DNA from: Octopus bimaculoides
Lineage: Eukaryota
Direction: 5' to 3'
Length of the DNA: 59,923 bases
Assembly (NCBI RefSeq): GCF_001194135.2
Contig: NC_068992.1
Coordinates: forward strand, 16,212,311 to 16,272,233
Below the pieces are notes generated by a model. It saw nothing but the letters and a program-made list of their open reading frames with translations. It did not search any database and had not been told where the DNA came from. Of this stretch, positions 13,430 to 25,848 are shown piece by piece; the stretch's first letter is position 1; the number at the start of each line of letters is the position of its first letter. The position numbers and the translations under genes were made by a program.

Positions 13430-13570
13430 ATTATTTTACTTGTTGCAGTCATTTGAATACGGCCATGCTGGAGCACAGCCTATAGTCGAACAAATTCATT
13501 CGACGTAATATGCTTGAAGATGGAGCCACAGTATGGCCGCAGTCTAATGACTGAAACAAACAAATGAAAC
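13430..13570. mobile_element. Two family C SINE 3' tails in inverted orientation
   Basis: cttgttgcagtcatttgaatacggccatgctgga (minus copy) faces ccacagtatggccgcagtctaatgactgaaacaa (plus copy). Confidence 0.75.
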
Positions 13571-14480
13571 AGAAATGTGTATTTATAGAAGTGGATACTT
13601 ATATGTGTAGTTTCTGGTGTGTGTATATGTGTGTGTGTGTTTTTTTCGTGTCATGTGTGTGTAAATATATGCACACACACAATCACAGACAGACAGACGC
13701 GCGCGCACACACACACACACACACACGCACATATACATACTTATATACTTGAACAAAACATACGTATATGTATGTACACGTCTGTTTTTATGTTTGAGTA
13801 CAGCATGTGTCACGGCGGCGCTTAATAGTTTATTTGGAAATAAGATTAATCAAACAAAATAATTTCTTTCCGCAATAAATGGCAATTATGTGCATTGTGA
13901 TACAATTATTTCTCCAGATAGCGTCTACAGCGGTTGTCAACTGTGTTGAGTGTAACTAAAAATGAGGAATATTTACAACGAGGAATACGTCGCAGACCAG
14001 CGACAGTTCAGCGTAAATATGTGTCTGTCCAGGTTTGTGTATGTGTAGTTCTGCGTGTGCTTCTGTGAGAGTGCACAAGCTTACGTCTGTGGGTTTGTGT
14101 GCAAATATAGAAGTGATATGAATTCAAAGAACGAGTTACTCATATGCAAGCAAACTGCAATATGCGTAAGAATATATATGTGCGTAACACGACAAGATTA
14201 ACTGTGATGATACGTACATATATTTCGCTCACACTCAGTTAAAAGTGCGTGTGTGTGCATGTGTGTGCGAGTACACAGTGCATACCCGAGTGCATGTGCG
14301 TATTTGTAATGGACTGTTTGTGTCTCTGTTTCATGCTCTGATCTTAATGTCACGTTCTTTGAAGCTTTAATCGATACCTTATTTACAGAACATCATTTAT
14401 AAGTGAATTCCGTTACGTATCTATTTCTTGAGGATATACATACACAAGCACACACACATACACACACGCGCCCACACATG

Positions 14481-14528
<48 letters not shown>

Positions 14529-14723
14529 CTTGTGTATGTATACACATATATACGCACATACATTCACAGACACACACACATAAGTAGTCTAAACGTAGAT
14601 TAGACAAACTCCAATAAGTATGTGGAATGTCACATGTATGAATGCCTTCCCTCTCTATTTGTTTGTCCATCTCTCTTCGTATACGCACGGTCGTAAACAA
14701 ACAGAGACACACATAGGGGGAAG

Positions 14724-14776
<53 letters not shown>

Positions 14777-16473
14777 ACATATATATGTATGCATAAGAGG
14801 GAGAGAGAGTGTGTGTGTGAGAGAGGAGAGAGAGAAGTGTTAGTGTTGTGAAAGATGCAAGAACAACTTTAGAAAGTTAGTTAAAAAGAGAAAGAGAGAG
14901 TGAAGTAAGACGGTAGTGGAGAAGAACAGAACTTCATTTCTTGGAGATATACATACATACATGCATACATACATACGCGTATGTATATGTGTCTGTGTGA
15001 ATATATATACATAAATACATACACATATATATATATATATATATATANNNNNNNNNNNNNNNNNNNNNNNNNNNNNNNNNNNNNNNNNNNNNNNNNNNNN
15101 NNNNNNNNNNNNNNNNNNNNNNNNNNNNNNNNNNNNNNNNNNNNNNNNNNNNNNNNNNNNNNNNNNNNNNNNNNNNNNNNNNNNNNNNNNNNNNNNCATG
15201 TATATATATAGATATAAATAAAACTTACTTGGAAAAGATGCTTGGCGTTCGATTATATAATAATATGAATAATATATAAATATATGCATATATCCATACA
15301 TATATGTACATACCTACATCTATATGTATATATACATACATGCATATATGGGTACAGGACATCAAAAAAAAAAACCTTAAACACAATGAGAAACGAAAAC
15401 AAAGAAAACGAACTTTTTCGAACAACGAAAAAAACAGAGAAATGAGACATGCAACATTTTCCCTGTTTCATCTACTCTGCGTTTCGATCACACAGGAATA
15501 GTTAATAGATAGGAAAATGAAATGTAGTTTGGTGACTCAAGAACTAGAACATTAAATTCCAAACATTCTCAGGTAAAAGCAACAAGAATGTAAATTTGCC
15601 GAGAAAAAAAAAAACCGAAAATACTGAACAAGTTGTTTAGTAGAGATTCAGTATCCGCCCATCGTAGCTTGAACAAAAGCAACATAATATTTGTGAGGGA
15701 ACGAGCTAAAAGCTACAGGGGATCAACATAGAAAATGAATTATTAATTTAGTAAAAGAGGCTACATGGGGAGATGAATTAGAACAAGAATTCGGCAATCG
15801 TTTTGAACAACAACAACAACAAAATTATATACTCGATAGTGCAACACTAGAAGCAACCCTGAAAAATGGCAAACAAAGGAGATATGCACAGGCCTAGATC
15901 ATATTAGAGGGCATTGGGCCAACAGTTTTAAAATTTAATAAATCCGTACGGGAGTAGTAACAAGAACACTTTAAACGTACCCACGTGATTGCCGAAAACA
16001 ATCATCCTTTTTTCCCTAACATTATCGAAGCCATTGAAAGCTAAAAGTTAGACTGTCAACAGCCATCGCATTTATCATTCCCAAAATATCAAAACATTCA
16101 AAGCAGAAAATCTTTTGCCCTATATCTTGCACAAAGCATCAGACATGAAATATAAACGGACTGACCAAACCCCGCAGGATTATTTTACTACAAACGATAT
16201 TATAACTCATTAAAGCTTGGATGAAAAAAAAAAAGATATTTGGGAATGCATTGAGCCCTACTAATTAATAAAATGACATTATAAAGAATCGCACAAACTC
16301 CAAAGCGATTGGAGCAAAGTGTGGTTGAACACGGATTCTTGGAGAGAGAATGTGACTCCTTAATTTATACATTACAAATGAAAAACGTTAGGTCTACTTT
16401 GAAGACAAAAATATAATATGCATACATATATACATGCACATACGTATACCTATGTATATAAGTGTATATATGA

Positions 16474-16540
<67 letters not shown>

Positions 16541-19210
16541 CATATATATACGTACATACATATATGTGTAAATTGTAAAAAAAATTGTATATATCCATAC
16601 ATAAGTTTGTTTGCAATGTATATATTGCGTATATATATATTGTATATTATATCTATAGGTGTATGTGCGCGTGTGCGTGTGGGAGAAGCGTGTTTATTTG
16701 TGTATGTGTGTAGATCTGAGTGTGTATGTCGTAATCAGTAGTCTTTCATGCTGAACTCTATGTATTTTGGTCCTATCTTTAATTTAGTAATGTGTGTTAA
16801 AATGTGCGCCTACATGTACGATTTCTTGTACAGAAGCAATTATGAAATTTTTTAAAGAATTGAAATTGATAGTATTCATCACGCTATTCGAATATTAGGT
16901 TTTTTTTTTTTTTGCAATATTCATAGTATTCTTAAAATTTTGTAGTATTGGTTCCTTAATTGCAATATTTATATTTTCTCGTTTCTTGAGTAATTAATAT
17001 TTCGTAAGGAAATTTGATTATTCGTGAATTTATGGAAGATATTCGGCATCTTCTAATTAAATATGCGTGACCCCTAATCCACATGTGTAATCTTGAGATA
17101 TCCGTCGTAATATGATTCTGAAATATAATCAAGCGAAATAAATGCATATTTATTTATCACAGGTGAGTGTGTGGGAGAAATGTGAGTTACTATTGAATTC
17201 TAAAGTAAATATCTTACTGTATAAATATAGAATCAATTAGAATGGCACTGTGTATCATGTAAATCGACCAGGATAAACATAAACATCTTTCAACTCATAT
17301 CAATGTCACTTGATAACAAAACGAAGGGGTACATTACATAATAAACACTGTAAGACATGATATCTGAATAAATGAAGTGATAGTCGAACACGAAAATTCG
17401 TTGACTTGAATATGTTAGGATGGAAGGAAAGTATTGTCACATTTCAATATGGGAAAGAAGGAAGCGCTTCTTTGGTCGTAATTGATGTATTCAATCGGGA
17501 TAATAGTTCCCTACATTATGATAACCTAATCTCTTCTATTTGGCAAGTGGTTGATCCTTCCGCCGCAATATTCTTTACATGACTAAACAAAGAACACTCG
17601 ATATCATTTTAACCTCTTCACAGTTAAGTGACTATTTTCCATCTAAATAATGTTGCAATGATCTGAAGAGATCTTAGTTAGACAGAAAAGAGTCGGAGGT
17701 GTATGGAGGACAAATAAAACGTCAATAGTCAATTCCATAATCCTTTCCTAACTTAGTTAATATGTGGTCATGCATTGTCCTTTAAGAGCGGAGCAACATC
17801 CCTTAAGGAGGGACCAATGACGAGCGTTTCTTCTGTAAATTGTGTAATGTCACCATTCGACATCAATACATCTCTGAATTAGTCCTTTCGTTTTGGTTTA
17901 ACACTTCATTACAGACTATACTCGTCATATCCCGCCAAACAAAGAAAATTATTGCTTTCGAGTGTAGTACTGGCTGGTTTCACCTTTTTAGTTGGGTGTT
18001 GTTTTCGTTTGATATGATTGTAGAGAGCTTACTTTCATCACTTATGATGATTCTGCACAGGTAAGGTTCGGTAGAAGATCTACTCTTCAATAGTGGAGGG
18101 GAACATATTTGATTAAGCTGAGAATTAGTCAAATAACGAGGGAGCTACGGACAAAATTTAGACACTTTTCTTAAGTTATGAAGGGGTTTTAAACTCGGAC
18201 TATGACAGGAATTCAGTTTGCTTTAGATTATTTTCATCAAATATTATTTTCAGAAGCTCAATATTTACGGAATCTAGTCGTCTAGATTAAGGGGAATTTG
18301 CGAAAGAAGCACGAAATATCTGTACAAAGCAAAGTGAGTTAATGGCGCTCTCAACTGAATCGAAACGAAATAATAACGTTGTGGCCTGAGACCAAGTCAA
18401 ACATTTCCAAGAGAGGAATTTAATAGATAGAACTCGCCGTCAATATATAAATTTATTGGTCTAAGTAAATATAGGAATATGAACTTGTTTTAAGTACAGA
18501 ACGGCCATAACTTTATTTTCAAAAGCATTTGTCCGAACCAGTATTCTCTCCTTCGCTGCTGTTTTAGTAGAAATCAATACAGCAAGAGATCGGAAGAGAA
18601 CACGAAAAGAATCGCTCCCTTACGTACTGTATCATAGTCTTACCGTCTGCAAATATATATATTTTACTACCAGACTAAATAATCTCGAGAGTCTCGTCCA
18701 TTTATTTTCTGTTCATCTAGTGATGTGATAGAATCTCCAGAAAGCAGCAAGAAATCTGATACTGTTGTGTTGTCTAGCAGTCGTGTACTTGTAATATAAG
18801 TTGTGAAAAAGCTGCTACATATCTTTTGCACTTTTATTCTTTTACTTCTTTCAGTCACTAGACTGCAGCAATATTGAGAAACTGCTTTGAAAAATTTTAT
18901 CCGAATAAAGCAGCCCCAGTACTATTTCTTTTTAAAGACCTGTACGTGTTCTATCAGTCCCTCTTGCAGAACCACTAATTTACGCAGACCTAAACATACA
19001 AACATTTGTCGTGAAGCGGTGGTAGGGGACACATACAGACACACACATGCATACATACATACATATATGTACACACACACACATGCATACATACATACAT
19101 ACATGTATGTGCACACACACATGCATACATACATACATACGTATATGTACATACACATGCATACATACATAATACATACATATATGTACAAACACACACA
19201 CACATATATG

Positions 19211-19365
19211 AGAGATTTCTTTCAGTTTTCCTCTACCAAATCCACTCCCGAGATTTTGGTCAGATTGAGGCTATTGTAGAAGAGATCTACTGAAGGTGCC
19301 ACACAGTAGGACTGAATCTGGAGTCATTTGGTTGTGATCCAAACCTTTTACTATACAGCCACAAC
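19211..19365 (-). mobile_element. Family C SINE 5' half, decayed
   Basis: ctttcagttttcctctaccaaatccactc...ggtgccacacagtaggactgaa is the reverse complement of the family C body. Confidence 0.8.
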
Positions 19366-20052
19366 ACACCACACAGGCACATCACATAATTATGCTCGCT
19401 TCCTCTTTGATCTATTTCAGACGTTACTTCGCTTCACATGATTTTCCACTTTCCACAAATAGCGAATGGGTGATGGACGGAGCTCAGTAAACTTTATAGT
19501 TCTTGTTATGCATGTTAAAAACGATATATTTATTGGTCACCAGAAATTTACGCGATATTTCTTAATCATCTCCGATTTAAATCTGCAATACTGATTCGAT
19601 CTTAGGGATAAACAGATTTTCCTTTCTTTTTCCCCTATTGTAATGTGATAGCGACAACAAAAAATATGCTTATAATAATGAATCTTTGAATTTCTTTATC
19701 TTCGATAATATGCTTAATAATCGTTTTTAGATGCCAAAGAATAAAGCATTTTATATTTAGGTTTCCCTCTAACATTAACTACAAATTTTATGTGTTCATA
19801 ACCCAAAATACCGATCCATACGACATCGTTCAATGCGACATTTAACTTAAATTGTGGCTTTGATTCGTCTGTGAGTTTCTTAACATGTACCTCTTATGCG
19901 TTAATGAAATTGAACACTTTTCTTCCGAAAATCTTTTCTCCAAGACACACACGTACCCACTCAAACACAAACGCACACACACATATGCACAAGGCACGTA
20001 CAGCCACATGAACACACACACACATACATACATATATATATGTGTGCATATA

Positions 20053-20095
<43 letters not shown>

Positions 20096-20097
<2 letters not shown>

Positions 20098-20200
20098 GTG
20101 TTTCGCTCAATAAATACTCACAACTCCCGGTCTGTGAATCGAAACCGCGATCCTATGACCGCGAGTCCGCTGCCCTAACCACTGGGCCATTGCGCCTCCA
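20096..20200 (-). mobile_element. Family A SINE, 5' head only
   Basis: First ~65 nt identical to the head of the 9082 copy; breaks off at a (TA)n tract. Confidence 0.92.
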
Positions 20201-20884
20201 CTTCTGCTATACATTAGATATAGAGAAACATATCTTTCTTTCTATATCAGTTCGTTTGTGTCTGCCACTGTTACGCTCGTAACATTCTCTTGCGAACAAC
20301 ATATTTAAATATACCAACGCATTTCCTGTCTCTTACTAATTCACTCTAAATACTACAACTGATCGACTTTGATCTATAAATTGTCTTGTCTCATCCCCAT
20401 CATCAACAATAAGGGAAATGTAGGTTATAAAGTATCTGGTTTTCGTTTTTGACGGAATATGTAACGTAAAAAAAATTATGGTTTGGCACAGCGAACTGGT
20501 ATTACTCTGTCTAATCCACATATGAAGATGAAACATATGCAGATCAATAAAGTGTGCTACATTTGATTATTCTTTTTTCTCAGCTTCGCTAAATATTCAG
20601 CACATCCTCAATTCAATTAATATCTTGCCACGTTCAACTTATCATCAAATTCCACACCTATTATTAATTTGGTTTTCTTGCAGTGAAGGGAAATGTTTTA
20701 AGAAGAATGGATCAAATAAAAACAACACAAACGCACATATAATCGTACAAAAGACATATTCAAATATATACGTACTTATGTGTGCGTGTATGTATGTATA
20801 AGAATAAACACAAATGTACGAGAAAGGAGGAAAAGAGAATACGTAAATAAACACACACACGCACACGTACACACACACACATGC

Positions 20885-21276
20885 TCTTTACTCTTTTACT
20901 TGTTTCAGTCAATTGATTGCGGCCAGGCTGGAGCTTCGCCTTTAGTCGAACAAATGAATACCAGCACTTATTCTTTGAAAGCCTAATAATTATTCTCTCA
21001 GTCGCTTTAGCCGAACCGCAAGGTTACGGGAACGTAAGCAAACGAACATCGGTTGGCAAAGCGATGGTGGGGAAACAAACACAGACACACAAACACGTAC
21101 ATACATACACATATATATATATATATATATACGACGGTCTTCTTTCAGTTTCCATCTACAAAATCAACTCGCAAGGCTTTGGTCAGCCCGAGGTTATATT
21201 TGAAAACACTGACCCAAAGTGTCACCCGGAAAGATGTGGTTGCGAAGTAAGCTTCTTACCACACAGCCATTCCTGC

Positions 21277-21280
<4 letters not shown>
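20885..21280 (-). mobile_element. Family C SINE, head + internal microsatellite + 3' tail (small internal deletion)
   Basis: Shows the full architecture: tRNA-like head, CORE-like body, (TA/CA)n, tail ending gactgaaacaagtaaaaga. Confidence 0.9.
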
Positions 21281-21312
<32 letters not shown>

Positions 21313-21451
21313 NNNNNNNNNNNNNNNNNNNNNNNNNNNNNNNNNNNNNNNNNNNNNNNNNNNNNNNNNNNNNNNNNNNNNNNNNNNNNNNNNNNNNNNN
21401 NNNNNNNNNNNNNNNNNNNNNNNNNNNNNNNNNNNNNNNNNNNNNNNNNNN

Positions 21452-21511
<60 letters not shown>

Positions 21512-22429
21512 GTGTGTATGAATCTATGTACATATGCATGTATTTGTGCGAAAGGAAAACAGACAGAAACAGAAGAAAACTTGATATCGAACACTGTCTG
21601 ATAAAGGAAGTTCAAATCGATATGGTAACTAACAGATGAAAAGTATGTAAATCAATGGGAAATACCCTCAGATATCATTCTAAAGATTCTTTCGCAGTCT
21701 TACGAGAGTTTCACTGTCATCTAAATCAAAGAAGAATTTTTAAACCGGAACCACCACAAATATTTCAAACATGATTGAATATCTTTGATTTCTTTAAAAG
21801 AAAGTACTCTATATTTAAGAGAAGGATTTGAAGAATGGATAAAACTGATACTCAACCATTTCCAAGGAAATAGATATGTCGGTAGTTGTAACAGAAAATT
21901 TTTTGAAGATGGAGAAAATAGTGCAATTTGTGATTTGAAAATAAGATACTGCAGCTAGTGCCGTTCCAAGATATTTTTTGTCTCAGTATATATTCAACAT
22001 GCCTTCGGCTACAGCAAATGTGTAAGTTTTCAGTTGTGAAGGGAAATTCTGGTAATCACTATTTTGTATTTTCTAATGGTGTTTAATAGGGAAAAATATA
22101 GCATTCACCGCATTTCGTTCGAGAAATATCTTCAAATATGTGCGGATGTCTTCCATCAAATCTGAATCACGGAGCATTATTGGAATAGACACCCTTACCT
22201 CCACACTGTTCTTTGGAATATTGGTTGAAGAATGCATATCATGTTGATACGTAGCCCATGGGCACGTGTATTATACACACACACACACACATACATATAT
22301 GTAAGTATATATATATATGCATATCTATGTCTCTCTCTCTCTCTTTTACGCTATTTCTCTTACTCACTTTCTCACTCTCTCTCTCTTACTCTCTCTTTCA
22401 CAATCTCTTTCTTACTCTCTCTCACTTTC

Positions 22430-22471
<42 letters not shown>

Positions 22472-22538
22472 NNNNNNNNNNNNNNNNNNNNNNNNNNNNN
22501 NNNNNNNNNNNNNNNNNNNNNNNNNNNNNNNNNNNNNC

Positions 22539-22575
<37 letters not shown>

Positions 22576-22639
22576 GTGTTTGTACGTGTGTACGCGCATA
22601 GGCGCATGCGTGCGTATATTTGTGTTTCTATTTTTTGTT

Positions 22640-22780
22640 GGTATTTGCCCAACTGAGCCAAAGCTTGACAATTATTGTTAGTTTGTTTACATCCACGAAG
22701 TTAGCGGCTCGACAAAAACGAACGATAGAATAAAAACCAATCATTAAGAATAATCACTGGGGCCGAGACCTAGGACTGAC
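22640..22780 (+). mobile_element. Family C SINE 3' tail fragment
   Basis: gcttgacaa...gtttacatccacgaagttagcggctcgacaaaa...gatagaataa matches the tail. Confidence 0.65.
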
Positions 22781-23084
22781 ACGAGTGAAAGATAAATTCT
22801 ACAGATAAAACATACAAAATCAGTAAAGAAGTTAAGAACAATTTTCAACTAATTTGGTATGAAATAGATTACATTGAACTCGATGTAAAAGTACAAATGG
22901 AACTCTATAAGACTTGGATATATTCTTGGTGTATTTGAGCCCTGGGAAAATATGTAATGTCTAAACTGCTAAAAGAAAGCAATTTGATATATTAGTGTTA
23001 TAATACAGTTCTATATCTAAGAGATGAGGAATTATGTACATTATTTACTATTGATGGATATTTGTCCTCATCTTGTTTGTTGTT

Positions 23085-23130
23085 AACACAATGTTTCGGC
23101 TGATGTACCCTCCAGCCTTCATCATGTTTC
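23085..23130 (-). ncRNA. Decayed minimal type I hammerhead ribozyme motif (Penelope-like)
   Basis: Minus strand gaaac-ATGATGA-a-ggctg(gagggtacat)cagcc-GAAA-catt-gtgtt: core box 1 with C3->A, perfect 5-bp stem II, GAAA box 2, imperfect stem I; catt would be cgtt before CpG decay, giving the AACGTT dimerisation palindrome (inference). Confidence 0.6.
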
Positions 23131-23197
23131 TTGGGGAAATTTCAAACCTGTGTTCTCATTCATAAGATATTTTCTGATGTTGTTGTTGTTGTTATTA

Positions 23198-23289
<92 letters not shown>

Positions 23290-23654
23290 GTTCAGTAGTT
23301 TTATTTTTATAACGTGCTTTCACTTCACTACCGAGCGCAGCTCTGTGCGCCTTGGGTATGTGCTGTGGTTTGCTGTGGTGCTCTTATGTTTACTGTATTG
23401 AAAGTGTTTCACGTAGAATGTGTGCAATACCCAGTTGTGCAATTTTCTGTATCTTATATATATTTGTAAGTCCTGGTGTTTTTGTTATGTATTTGTCTGA
23501 ATATTTTTTTTATTATACCTAAGGCACCTACTATGATAGGAATTGTTTCTGTTTTTAGACTCCACATTCGAGTTATCTCTATTTCCAGGTCTTTGTATTT
23601 TGAAAGTTTTTCCATTTCTTTTCGAGAAACGTTGTCATCTGCTGGTATTGATAG
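23290..23654 (-). mobile_element. 5'-truncated R4/Dong-clade LINE (RLE endonuclease C-terminus + 3' UTR) inserted in (TAA)n
   Basis: LSIPADDNVSRKEMEKLSKYKDLEIEITRMWSLKTETIPIIVGALGIIKK / YSDKYITKTPGLTNIYKIQKIAQLGIAHILRETLSIQ* (one frameshift in an A run; stop at 23390-23392); (AAT)n on both sides. Confidence 0.92.
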
Positions 23655-23693
<39 letters not shown>

Positions 23694-25465
23694 ATTACTA
23701 TTCAGGTCACTGCCTGGAATCAAACTCGGAATCTTGGGGTTAGTATCCCGCGATCTTAACCACTACTGCATATGCCCGTGGGCATATGGCGTAGTGGTTA
23801 ATAATGTAAATAATGTACATTAGTTCTGGTGCCTTGAAGAAATCTTTTCTTTTAATATAGTTCTGGTGGTTCTATGAATTAGAAATGATGACGCCAATAT
23901 CAGTAGAAATATTTGACTGTAAGGATATGGAGAACGACAACATCATCAATTGACTTTCAAATATGGTAGAGTACTAGATCTTCTGCTTGTAGTAACTGAT
24001 ATATTTCGCCCCTGATTCTGCCTTCGCCTATCACCAAAATCAAACTTACCTGCCCTTTTTTTTTATTTTGAACAAAACAGAATGAATATACACAGATCAA
24101 ATACCATAATAATCTCTTTCTATGTAAAAACTTTGTTTACTCCTCTGTAAAAGGAAATCAACATTTTGCATTGTTTATATAAACCTGTAAGTTGTGAGGA
24201 TGCATGCGCAGTTTATTCCATAAAAGGTTTTCTGTGTGCTTTAAATTCACTCAACACATTAAATCAGGGACACAATCGGAACTATCATATTTCTTGAATA
24301 TTTTAGAAAGGCTTGTTAACTTGGGTAGCCGGTAACGATCTATATTCAATTAATATATGAAGACAGAGCAGCTATCTATAAATACGATTATCTTATAAAT
24401 ATTCAGTATCAGCAAAACCCTCAGATAATCTGTATTATGAAAATAATCTCAGTATAAATTCTTCTCACAACGCTGTATTTTTGCTCAGAAGTATTTTCTT
24501 GGTAGATAATGTTCTTGTTTTTAGTTTTTCAGAAAAGGAATTTTAAATTTTATTAGTGTATGATGGATACGATAAAAAAGAATAAAATATTGAAGAAATG
24601 TGTCGTATCCAAGCTTAACAGCCGGCGTTGTGTGAGGGAGCATGAAATGTCAACATGTCCGGAAAATTAAATTTGATATGTTTGACGTTGCCAGTTATAT
24701 TGCTTTCTATTGATGAGAACCAGTTGAACTAAATATGCTCACAACGTATTGTTCCTATGATATAACCCGAAAAACGTTGGCAGGGAGATTCAAGTCATAA
24801 TAAACTAGTAATTTAATAATCTAATAGCAATGCCACACGACCAATAAGATATTCTATGCAGAAGATTATTGTTACCATTCCAGTTACCGAAGTGATTCAA
24901 ACTTTAATATAGAATACAGCATACAAACAGAAACTTTGTTCGAAATTATATCATTTTCAATAACTTGTAAATTGAATAGCGCAGGAATGGTAAATCTATG
25001 ATTGATGAGCATTTTAGTCGTTCTAGCGCATATCTTGAAAATATAGGAAATATTTAATTATTGGAAAAAGAACCGGAGCGTTTGAAGATTTTAGAAGAGA
25101 CTTAGTGCATTGGACTTTGACCCCTCCCCAAGATGTTACGCGTCCAGAGTTTAACGTGTACTTTGTCTGTCACAGATCGATAAAATATATATCAATCATC
25201 TGCTGAGATTTCATCAATTGGCTACCAAATCAGAGATAAGTGCGGTCTCGTACACATTTATTGGCAATAGTTTCTCTCCATGATACACTTAGCCATTAAA
25301 TACAAGTGACCTAGTACATGTAGATATTCGATCGATGGCCATAAAACCAAGATTTTACTTTATGAATACGACAGTACGCTGTGTCTTTAGGCGAGAGACA
25401 TCATTTCACTTCGTTCCAGTCAACTCCGATGTTATGAGGACCGGCCGAATGCTGGTGCAGACTCC

Positions 25466-25503
25466 TCTCATCTTCCAGTCTCATCTTCCAGTCTCATCTT
25501 CCA
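25466..25503. repeat. 13-bp tandem repeat (tctcatcttccag) x3
   Basis: Direct inspection. Confidence 0.9.
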
Positions 25504-25782
25504 AGATGTTCCACTGAATCAAGGATGTGAACTAAAGAAGACGTGTGTTTCCTCACGACTGCATAAGCACCTAAAACAATTAGCAATGGGACTAGGTAAC
25601 ATGGGACATGTTACCAATTCATAATCCATTGCGAGTAATGGCTGGTTGTACACCTAACCATCGGAGGAAATGGACGAATTAAATTACATAAATACAGGAA
25701 GTTTGTATGCAATAATAATAGCAATTATAATAACAAAATAATACTACTACTACTAACAACAACAACAACAATAATAATAGTA

Positions 25783-25846
<64 letters not shown>

Positions 25847-25848
<2 letters not shown>

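Larger units (their letters stand above)
22990..23820 (-). mobile_element. Composite non-autonomous element: tRNA-like head (23786 to 23705) + (AAT)n + hammerhead-bearing tail, with an inverted, internally deleted copy at the 5' end; interrupted by a Dong/R4 LINE
   Basis: Head gggcatatg..gtagtggttaa...gagtttgattcc; palindrome taaccactac..catatgccc gt gggcatatg..gtagtggtta at about 23757-23800; perfect 15-bp inverted repeats at 23034-23048 and 23806-23820. Confidence 0.7.

Noticed and set aside
15739-15897. Open frame LVKEATWGDELEQEFGNRFEQQQQQ...
   Set aside because: About 50 codons, partly an (AAC)n run, no recognisable family and a weak acceptor; not supportable.
21640-22260. Possible decayed LINE RT (WEIPSDIILKILSQSYESF)
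   Set aside because: Only one short motif-like stretch, and the downstream RT motifs were not found.
25500-25580. Minus-strand GAYAVVRK after a good acceptor, resembling a kinase Gly-loop end
   Set aside because: No VAIK-type motif follows, the frame closes after 25 codons, and no other kinase exons were found.
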